From NCBI GenBank assembly GCA_030167865.1, contig JALAGF010003462.1, forward strand, positions 1-38,258: a DNA stretch of 38,258 bases, given 5' to 3'. Below the pieces are notes generated by a model. That model had not been told where the DNA came from. It did no database searches and saw only the letters and a list, made by a program, of their open reading frames with translations. This DNA is from Craspedostauros australis. Lineage: Eukaryota. Position 1 is the stretch's first letter. Each line of letters opens with the position of its first letter. Positions 1-9,900 of the stretch are shown piece after piece. A program made the position numbers and the translations under genes.

Positions 1-7
1 CTCAAAG

Positions 8-2140
8 ATGAACGTTGCTTCGCCATCCACCATCATGTCATCATGCAACAAACAATCGAAACAGAGCAAACAGAAGCAGGTCAAGCAGATGAAGCAGATG
101 AAGAGTGCAGCCGAAGACAATGAAGAGAAGCAGCAGTCTCAGGCACTCGAGGGCCTCCTTGGCTTGTCATCCAGCAGTCTCAAGAGTGCCACATCCACAG
201 CCACATCAACAGACAACAAGAAGAAGACTGTCAAGAAGCGCAAGACCAAGAAGACATCGCAAGGACCATCCAAGAGAGCCCGCAAGACCGCAGCATCTCC
301 CACACCATCATCATCCTCCTCCTCATCGACCTTGTCTTCATCCTCGTCAACTCTGTCTTCATCTTCATCCGCAGCAGACGCACATGCAACCAAGACGAAG
401 CAGAAGACCGACGAGGGCGTCGCCGACCCCACAGACAACGACGTCCTGTGCGGCAGAGGCGGCAAGATCCCCTTCCACAGCGGCAACCGACACTTCCGCG
501 AGCTCGTGGCCAAGTACCGATCGGCCTACCTGCGCGCACGCAAGAACGAGAAGCCGGAGATCTCGCGTGGCATCGTGCGTCTCATCCAGTCCACCGGCGG
601 CCGCTTCCTCAAGCAGAATGCGCAGTCAGGTCTGTGGCATGAGATCTCGGATGCGGCCGCGCTCGATAAGACCTCGCAGCAGATGCGCACCGTCTTTCGC
701 GATGAGATCGACGAGTGCAAGCGATTCAAGGCCAAGATGGAGATGGCGCACGGCGGGCAGGTCAACGGCAAGTACCCAAGGAACGGCCAGGCGCCCTCGC
801 ATCACGATATCACGCACAGTATGCTGCGTGAGATCCAGGAGGCCACGGCCATCACCAACGCCAGCAAGATCAGAAGCAAGATCAGAAGCAACATCAGAAG
901 CAACAGCGATGCGAGTTTGGGCGGTGGCAGCAACCACAGCGCCACGGCATCGGTTAGCAACCACAGGAGTCGAAGCGTCAGCATGAGCAGCTACGCCATG
1001 ATCAACAGCGCAAGCCAACTCCAGAAGGCGCTGGCATCCCACCCGCAGATGCAAGCCGCTCCGCAAGCAGCAGCAGCAACGATCACTGCGCCAATCTCCA
1101 TGCCGATGGTCCTGAGCGCCACCAACAACACCAACGTCACCATGCAGGCACAGATGCAACAGCAAGCACTGGCACAGGCCAACGATGTCACCACATTCAG
1201 CGACGCCGAGGACATCAAGCCCGTTCCGGCGTCCACGGACGGCATCGCCCACTACACAAGCGATGACATCTTGTGCGGACGCGGCGGCGCCATGACGAAG
1301 CACCCCGGCAACCAGAAGTACAGACGCCTCATCGACCAGTTCCGCACGGTCTACTTCAAGGCCAAGAAGAAGGACAAGCCGATGGTGTCTCGCAAGGTCG
1401 TGCGCATCATCCGATCGCAGGGTGGTCGATTCCTCAAGCAGAAGGAAGATGCCCTGTGGTATGAGGTCGGCGATCACATCGCCTTTGAGGTACGTTCCCG
1501 TCTCAGTTGGGGCTAATGCCTATCATTGCTATTGTTCTATCACGCTTGATCAAATCTCACACCTCTTCTCCTTCCATTGCATCTCTTCCGATCAATCACA
1601 TATCCTGTACCCTCTACCAACCCACAGAAAACAAGCCAACAGATCCGCGACAAGGATGAGCTGCAAAAGCTCGTCGCCAAGCAGCTCCATGACGCACAGG
1701 AGACGACGCAGCTCATGATCGCCACGCAACGACAGATGCAGCAGGCTCAGCAACGTGAGCAGTACATCCGCCAGCAGGCCGCCATCGTCGCCGCGCACCA
1801 GCGGTTGGCCAGTGAAGAAGTTGCCACGCTGGAATTGGCCAACGCGTTGTCGGCGGCTGCGCCAGGTGCCATGAACACAGGATCGCAACTGCTGCAGTCC
1901 CTGCCGCGCCGTGTCAGTCTCCTCTCCACCACGGATCTGAGACGATCATCGGATACGCTCACACGGCACCGTCATTCATTGCAGTCGTTGGATTCGATGG
2001 ATCGACGCTTCTCGGTTGGCCCTCCGAACGCTGTGCCGTCCGCGTTGAGCCTGTCCACTGCGGCAGCCGATGCGGCGATCGCCCGTGCTCTCCTGGCGCG
2101 TCAGCATCCAGAACTGGCCCGCAGCGGCGCGTTTTTGTAG
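8..2140 (+). CDS. Protein with two DUF6824 domains (putative nucleic-acid-binding/regulatory), 2 exons: 8-1489, 1628-2140
   Basis: Two copies of the motif D(V/I)LCGRGG...H.GN..(F/Y)R.L...Y..A.K..K...S..(I/V)V..I...GGRFLKQ....W.E..D..A..KTSQQ.R. Intron 1490-1627 (GAG|GTACGT ... CCCACAG|AAA, phase 0) completes the second domain as AFE-KTSQQIR. Lys-rich NLS-like N-terminus and Gln/Ala-rich C-terminus. The start lies close to the window edge. Confidence 0.88.
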
Positions 2141-2740
2141 GATGCTCGAAGGTGGACAGCAAGCGCCGATGGTGTGACTGGAATGGAACCACATACCATC
2201 AGCCCGGCGCCGCCACATCTCTTTGAAACCACATCATTTTGTAACAGACCATTAACAGTAACACTATTCTATTGAACATGAAACCAATGCCTTTGGGCCG
2301 TCAAGTTCTGACTGTCGTCACGAGACGAAGAGACTCGATCAATGAACTGCTCTCCCCCGTCCTTCGTTCCCGACTCGTCTTCGTCATCCCGAATCTACCA
2401 TTCTATTACATGCTCAACCTTACTCTTGCGCCAGCAGTTCGGCGTCCCGAGGACGTTGGGATAGATGAGCAGATGTGAGAAGAGATCGTGTGGGTTACCT
2501 GGGTGTTTCGACCCGTTTCAATGAATGTTCGCATAGCTAGGCATTTCAATCTAGACGAACGCTCCTATCCACGATTGAATCACTGACACCAAAACAAAAA
2601 AATGCAACCAACACAACGAAACACAACATCGCTGACCTTCGCGCCAACAATCACAATCTGCGAGGGTCCAAACATGAGACGGATACCTTTGGCCATCAGG
2701 TATCAACCACACTCATGCACACACCAAGTCCAGAGTACCA

Positions 2741-3973
2741 ATGACAAGAGACGGAAAGAAGGAGGATCCAACGGTAATGCTTTCGACGCAGGCTGATGCT
2801 GACCACGACGCTGGCGCAACCGAGAAAATGCAAACCAAGCGAAGATCCAAACGGCTCGCATCTTCGTTGACGACATCGTTGACGTCCCCGTTCTTTTTCA
2901 AGAAGAACAACGACCGCGCTCCGAAGAAGAGTCGGCAGTCCGCATCGGCTGCTGAAGCTGGAACTGTGCAGAAGAAGAAGAATGCAGCTGTCAAGAAGTC
3001 GCCAAGGAAGCAGAGCGTTGTGCCCAAGACGAAATCCTTCGATGCAGTCGTTGCGAGCCGATTTGCCTCACTGAGAGACAAGAATATTCCCATTCACACA
3101 CTGATTCTGGGCACGCATCCCTCCGAAGCATCCTTGTCGGAACAGCAATACTACAAGCTCAACACCAAGTGAGTGTGTCACCTTCATGTTACGGAATGCG
3201 CGTATGGAGAGTTCGTTTCACGCAGCGTTCGAGCACTGTTTGGCGCCCTGCTCAAGTCGTTCCCTTCTCTCACATGTTTGTATCCAATGCATTGCAATGC
3301 AATGCAATGCAATCCAATGTACACACTGCATTCAATCCATATGCATCCTCGTTGTCCGCCTCACAGCGCGTTCTGGTGGATCGCCGGCGACTGCTTGGGA
3401 TTCCGCCGCGCACCAGGCTACATGGCAAACCAGAAGGACTTCCTGAATCTGACTCAACACTTGCGCCACGGGCTGGACAAGGTGATCCCCTACGAAGAAC
3501 AGCTCGAGATGCTGTGCTCGAAAGGCTTCGCCCTCTGGGATCTCGTGCACAGCTGCCGCCGCGTCGGATCATCGGACAGCAACATCCGCGACAGCGAACC
3601 CAACGATATCCGCAGCTTATGCCGCAAACATCCCACGATCCGACGCATCGTGCTGAGCAACGGCAGCGCGAGCGGAAAACTGTTTCGGCAATTGCATCGA
3701 GATTGGATCGCGACGGGCGAGGTCGTGGCGCATGCGAGTTCGCAGCGGTATTTTGGAAAGAAGACGGCGCCATCGCGGCGACGCATCGTTTGCATCGTCG
3801 CAGCTGCCGTGAGTCCGGCGGCCGCACGCATGACGTATGTGGAGAAGCGCGATTTTTGGGAAGAGCATGTCTACGGTCCTGGTTTGAAAGATTTTGAAGC
3901 AGCGAAGTTGGCGGCGGCGGTGGTGAAAGGAGGTGGTGATGTGGAAGGGGCGAGTGATGGTGGGAAGCGATGA
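2741..3973 (+). CDS. Uracil-DNA glycosylase superfamily protein, family 6 (hypoxanthine/deoxyinosine DNA glycosylase)-like, 2 exons: 2741-3168, 3367-3973
   Basis: Motifs TLILGTHPSEASLSEQQYY, NAFW (created by splicing AA|GTGAGT ... TCACAG|C, intron 3169-3366), GFALWDLVHSCRRVGSSDSNI..EPNDI..L...PTIRRIVLSNG and SPAAAR..Y.EK..FW. Basic N-terminal extension. Confidence 0.85.
3287..3316 (+). repeat. (TGCAA)n pentanucleotide microsatellite inside the glycosylase intron
   Basis: atgcattgcaatgcaatgcaatgcaatcca is seen directly; it supports the intronic, non-coding nature of 3169-3366. Confidence 0.75.
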
Positions 3974-4782
3974 GCAAGGAGAAAGAGATGATGGATGGCA
4001 GTGGGAAAGGTTCTTCCGAGTTGCATATACACCTATTTTCGTATTCATAGATTGATGTTGAAGTGTTCAGCACGATGCTGCTTCCGAGAACAAGTCCGGA
4101 AAGTGGAACGATGGCCCTGACAAGATGGATCTTTGTGTTGGATTCAAATCGACGCGAAAGCGTCTGAGCGTACTATTCTACTAAACTATACTCTGCGTAT
4201 CCAATCAGCCGCAAGGGGTAAAATGAGTACAATTCCGAATAAAGCGGCCCAAACAGATGCCCACGTCTGCCATGGGCCTATCGCCAACGTGGAAAGTAAG
4301 CCTTCCGAAGAATGGCGCGCGTCGTTGTTGTAGGCGAGATTGCATCACACGAAGTGTGGTCGTGGATGATGAACCAATCACATCATTGTGAAAGACGCCT
4401 TTGACTCCCACTCGTGATCCAGAGGGCATGCCAAGAAGCGAAAACCGTAATCGCACATGATCACAAATTGCGCCTTGTTGTTTGTCCGCGCGCCAAAGTT
4501 CGGTAGAAGAAAGAGAACATTGAGTTTGTATGCGATTTGCGTGTGATGAGTGATGTGCATGTGCCGAGATTCGTTCATAATCTCATCAGAGGTGAAGGGA
4601 GATGAAGGTAGATGAAACCAACACCAAGAAAAGCAGTGAAGCAAACAGAGACAACTTTGCTATCCACTGCTTCAGTCCGAGTTTGAACCGCTTTTCCAGT
4701 CATAAAAAACAAGGTCAGCCTGGATGCATTGTCACCTTCATTGTCACCTTCACATCCACAGTGCAAGAATAAGAACAGCAAG

Positions 4783-6846
4783 ATGATGATGAACGACGGA
4801 ACGATCTCTTCATCGTCCCGCACGATGAGGCCGTTCGTCGACGACGAGGAGCTGTCGATGGACGAAGGCTTGGATGCTGCTGCCTTCGCCAGCCCCGTGA
4901 AGGGCAACATGCTGCAGTGCGGACGGCAGTCCTCGTCCAACCTGACCGCCTCCACGGCCTCCGAAGATGACGGCGACGTCTCCGTGATGATGGCCATCCT
5001 GAAGGACAGCATGGCCTCTCTGTCCAGCAGCGTCACGACGTTGTCGGCGCTCGGCAGCGACCACACGCAGCGCAGCAAGGAGGACAGCGATCGCGACACT
5101 CTACACAGCCATGACATCAGCGATGAAGACCGCAGCATGGGCAGTCAGGAGTTGGAGGACGACTCTCTCAACAGCGATGAAGATGAAGATGAGTCTGGCA
5201 GTGGCAGCCATAGTGATGGTCGCAGTGATGGTCGTAGCCACAGTCGCAGTCAGAGCCACAGTCGCAGCAACGCCTTCGTGAGAGCCACGGGCGACAGCGT
5301 CCCATCGTTGCCGCAAGCTCAAGCCATGCGCCGCAGCAGCACAGGCGCTCTGCCAGGCACTCCCACGCCCATTCAGCCGCAGCAACCGCAAGAGCAGCGC
5401 AAGAGCACCTCCTTCTTCGACAGCAGCAGCAGCAATCACGGCAGCAACCACGTCATCAACGACCATGGCAGCAACCATCGTGACGATCACCATGATGACG
5501 ACGAAGACGTTGACAGCCACGACATCAGCGACGACAGCTTCGACGACGACGACGAGTACTACTCTGATGACATGGACATCAACAGCGACTGCTCCTCCAT
5601 CGACGACCGCGGCTTCAACGACCTCAGCAGCCACGGCTCGTGGACGCCGCCGCTGCATCCCCTCGAGATGGAGCACGCCCTCGAGTTCTCCCTGGCGTCC
5701 TTCCGCAGCCAGAGCAAGCGCCGCAGCCTGCCGCTCATCCTGGAGGAGCGCGAGGACGACGATGCCGACGACTACCACAACAACGACGACGACTGCACCT
5801 TCGACGATACTCAGCACCGGCTGGACACCTACCACGAGCTCATGCAGCAGGACCTGGCCACGCTGCAGCACAACATCAACGGCGGCGGCAACAACGCCCT
5901 CACCATCGGCCATCTGCCAGAGATCGAGAGCCAGAGCGACAGCGAGTACAGCGAGGGCATGTCCATGCACACGACCGACTCCTTCTCGGCGCGCACCAGC
6001 TCCTTCTCCGCGCGCACCAACTCACTCTCCATGGCCAGCACCATCGGCGACATATCCTTCTACGACGGCACGGACGGCACCCATCTCATCCAGGATGGCT
6101 CGCTGCACTCCGTCGACAAGTCCGTCACGCTGCCATCCTTGCACCACGATCACAGCTCCTCGCAGCAGCAGCAACTCATGGACCGCTCCAAGTCCTCCAG
6201 ACGCAGCAACCGCCGACGATCCAAATCGCGCAGCCGCCGTTCCAACTCAACCCGCTCCAACTCACGCAGCAACAGATCGCGCAGTCGCCGCTCCAGACGT
6301 CCCGGCGTGCGCTCCGTCTCACCGCTGCCAAGACGACGCAAACCGTTGCAAACCTTGTCGGACCGCTCCGAACGCACGGCCGACAATCTCACGACGTTGC
6401 GCACGAGGCCCACGATCGTGCCCGTCAGCGCCGGTGTCTCCATGACGGGAGAAGTGCGAACCATCGCGGCCGGCGATGTCTCGCAGAGGCTCTCGATGCG
6501 ACGCAAGCTTTCGGTGGAGATGCCGCCGACGGTCGAGACCAATGTGTCGCCCATCAGTAGCGACGAATTTCGCGTCGACGATGACTTGGAAACGTCCGTT
6601 GAAGTCGTGGTCCAGACGGTTCAGAAGGAGACTATCGAGAAGGAAGACATCGAAGACATTGAGATGGGACTTCCGCCCATCGCAAGCGTCGCAGTGGAAC
6701 CGCAAGTTGCCGTGGAAACAGCCACGACGCAGCTTGCGCCACAGCAAGAATCATCATCATCATCCAGCATGCCCTACGTCTACATCGGTGTGGCGTTGGT
6801 TGTGATTGGTGGCGGTATCGCCGCAGGTGTCGTCGTTGCTGGTTAA
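4783..6846 (+). CDS. Hypothetical intrinsically disordered Ser/Asp/His/Arg-rich protein with a single C-terminal transmembrane helix
   Basis: Long uninterrupted ORF with strong C/G third-position bias; first ATG at 4783; acidic tracts, an RS-rich block, and the hydrophobic terminus YVYIGVALVVIGGGIAAGVVVAG followed by the stop. Confidence 0.8.
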   Translation: MMMNDGTISSSSRTMRPFVDDEELSMDEGLDAAAFASPVKGNMLQCGRQSSSNLTASTASEDDGDVSVMMAILKDSMASLSSSVTTLSALGSDHTQRSKEDSDRDTLHSHDISDEDRSMGSQELEDDSLNSDEDEDESGSGSHSDGRSDGRSHSRSQSHSRSNAFVRATGDSVPSLPQAQAMRRSSTGALPGTPTPIQPQQPQEQRKSTSFFDSSSSNHGSNHVINDHGSNHRDDHHDDDEDVDSHDISDDSFDDDDEYYSDDMDINSDCSSIDDRGFNDLSSHGSWTPPLHPLEMEHALEFSLASFRSQSKRRSLPLILEEREDDDADDYHNNDDDCTFDDTQHRLDTYHELMQQDLATLQHNINGGGNNALTIGHLPEIESQSDSEYSEGMSMHTTDSFSARTSSFSARTNSLSMASTIGDISFYDGTDGTHLIQDGSLHSVDKSVTLPSLHHDHSSSQQQQLMDRSKSSRRSNRRRSKSRSRRSNSTRSNSRSNRSRSRRSRRPGVRSVSPLPRRRKPLQTLSDRSERTADNLTTLRTRPTIVPVSAGVSMTGEVRTIAAGDVSQRLSMRRKLSVEMPPTVETNVSPISSDEFRVDDDLETSVEVVVQTVQKETIEKEDIEDIEMGLPPIASVAVEPQVAVETATTQLAPQQESSSSSSMPYVYIGVALVVIGGGIAAGVVVAG

Positions 6847-6944
6847 AAGCGGCGCAGTGTAGACTACAATAATACCTAGCTTAATTCATACGTTTTGAAT
6901 GTATACCACTTGCATCACATTCTGTTTGCACAAGCGCACGTAAC

Positions 6945-9900
6945 TCAGTTAACTCGATGCAGATCGAAAACCTCCGTGAAGAATCCGAAACTGCTCTCGG
7001 ATGCCACCAGCAGACGCGTGCCCGCCGCGGACAGCTCCACCTTCGAACCAAACCGCTGTCCTTCTTGCGTGCCGTGCAGATCGTCCGTGATCTTGATCCA
7101 ATCCCAATCGCGGTACGCGTAGACCGACACCTTGCCGACGACGCCCGATTGCGTCGTGTATTCCGGCTCCCCGATGGCCACCGCGTCGCCGTCGAAGCTG
7201 ATGGAGGCACCGAAGGACGTCGTTCCCCACAGCCGGTTGCCCAGCTGCACCCAGCTCGTCACGTCCGTGTTCCATGCGTAAATGTCCAAGGGACCGCCCG
7301 AGATCAACGCGATGGCGATGCGCTGACCATCGCGTGACATGGCCATGTTGTACGATTCCAACACGTTGCCAAAGCAAACTTCGTCTTCGAATTCGATGTC
7401 AAACGGATCCTTCCTGTACGTATCGCCGTCGCGATTGTAGATGGAGACTTGGTTGCAGCCTCTGTCGTTCTGCACGCCCAGCGCGATCCTCGCACCGTCG
7501 GACGATATCGCGGCGCTGTTCAGAAACAACGATGGGGCGACGGAACCAGATGGGATGTCCTCTCCGATCTGGCGCACGGTGGAGTCACCGATCATGGTGT
7601 AGATGCGGAACACGGAGCTCGACGCTTGGGTGTCATCGAGGATCTTCATCACGAAGAACGGTTCCAAATCGGCGATGGTGACGTACTCGACGGTGGTCGT
7701 GGGCACGAGACCACCGAACGTCCACACGCGTTGCCACGCCTCGGGAGCGCCGGCTGTTGAGCAACACGCGTACAGATGAGCCACGCCGATGTTGGGACCG
7801 TTGGAATTGGCGTATCGTGGAAATCGCACGATGGCCCTCGACTGCGATTGGCGCGCGAAGTCGGCTTGCACGCCTGAAAAGTCGTACTGGCTGTTGCCGT
7901 AGTCGGGGCTCGAGTACAGGATGGCCGCTTCGGACAACGTCCAGCCGGAGTCGGAGTCTCGCAGGATGGAGGCGACCGGACGTCCCGGCTGGAAAAAGTT
8001 GTTGCCGATAGATCCGCTGCGCACTCGTGGGGCCAACAGCATTCGCTTCCCGTCCGCACTCAGAACGGCAGACCCGGGCATGGACGAGCCCGCCAACGAA
8101 TCGAAATCGCTGGAGGCTATCCTGGCCGAGGAAATCCACTCGTCCATGCCACTGGATACATCTGTATCGCTTAGGGTTGGAGATGGTGACAGTGATGTCC
8201 CCGGTGGCATTTGTGTTGGGTAGTTTGTGATGTCATCAGTCCGTGGTAGAAGAACGGTCTCGGTGATGTCAAAACAGCTGGACGTACCTGCGATTGCGTA
8301 GATATCATTGCAGACGTTTGTTGCGACGTTGTTTGAGCCTTCATTCAAAGACATATCCAACTTCAACGACTTGTCGGAACGGACGACAATTGCACCACCA
8401 AAGCGAGTAGCAGAATTGCTTTCGAATCGGCAATAGTGGACCTCCAATGAAAGCATGGTTCTGAATGATAACCCAAAGATGCCTCCGCCAGCAAGGGCGT
8501 CGTTGTGCCAGAAGGCAGACCCCACGATCTTTGCGATTAAAGGAGTTGCTTTGGTTGGCATGAAGACGTACAGCCCACCGCCGCCTTGAGCTGAATTGAA
8601 ATCAAACATCGAGTTGACAATGTCGACATGCGGCGTGTCTTCGATTGCCAGCCCACCACCGTGGATCGCCACACCTTCGGTGAACGAAGAGTTTTCGATG
8701 GTGACGCGGTCAGCGCCCTTGACGTGCACATTGCCGCCATTCTCGAACTGGCCAGCCGAACCTTTGTCAAACCAGCAGTTCCGTATCACGTGATGGCCAC
8801 TGGAGGTGATCAGCAGATTTCCACCGCCCGAGCTTTCTCTCTGGGACTCCGGGACCGATCCACCACCCAATACCATACCATCCATGACGAAATTGGATCC
8901 CTGCACTACGAATTGACGAAGGCCGCTGTTTCCTGAGAGGAGACATTCGCCAGGCTGGTGGCAACATATAGTGATGTTGTGTTGCCGGACTATGAGCGTG
9001 AGTGTGACGGGGAAGGAACCGCAGACAGAGATCGTGTCACCAGGTGCTGCGTCGTTGATCGCATTGGAGAGTTCCGTGAAGCCCACTGCACATTGCCCGC
9101 GCGTCGGTAGGCACGACAACTGTTCCAGCGAAGGGAAAGGGGAGGTGGTCGGCGCGGATGTTGGTGTTGATGTTCGTGTAGATGTTGGTGCGGAGGTTGG
9201 TGCAGGTGCTGGGGCGGTTGTTATGGCGCCTGGTGAAGCTATTGCAGGCACGAATGCCTGGCAATGGTTCGTGGGCCAAATATTCAGCTTCCCGTCCGTG
9301 CCATAATAGTAGTCATTCGCTGCCGGATAGTTGGCAGGGTTGATAAAGTCTGAGATGCCGACGTCGATGCTGATGCCGGATGATGGAAGGAAGGCTTCGC
9401 CCCAGCAGATCTGGATGGTGCCGTTCAAGAAGAGTTCGACGCGAAAGTTCGCGAAGAACTCTGGTTGCGGGGTGGATGACGTGGGTCGATCTTTCACACG
9501 CACATCTTCCCATGACACGACGATACTTTTCGGTCTGCCTGCACCGTAATTTTCTTGGAGGAAGATCGCGCCCCCGCTCGAAGGATCCAGATCCATGTAC
9601 GCCACGAGGATTTCACCGCAGTCCTCCTCAAACCCGTCGGCAATCGATCCGCAATGTCGAATGAGCACCCGCCCATTCGCGTCGACCCACGCAGTCTGGG
9701 CTTGTTGCATGCTGGATCCAACCCATTGAAGCCGCGGTTGTATCTCCACGAATTCTGCGCGATGAGTTGAGACAGCGGTTCACCGGTGGGTTCCAAAATG
9801 TTGCACCGTTGTGCGAGAAAACAAAATGTTAGTACCTAAAACAGCATAGAGTAGTTTGATATGTGCATGAGACAGTTGAACTTAACTGCAGATGCTCAAG

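Noticed and set aside
3173-3366. Cys/His-rich N-terminus of the 266-aa ORF as a metal-binding domain
   Set aside because: It is translated intron sequence containing a (TGCAA)n microsatellite.
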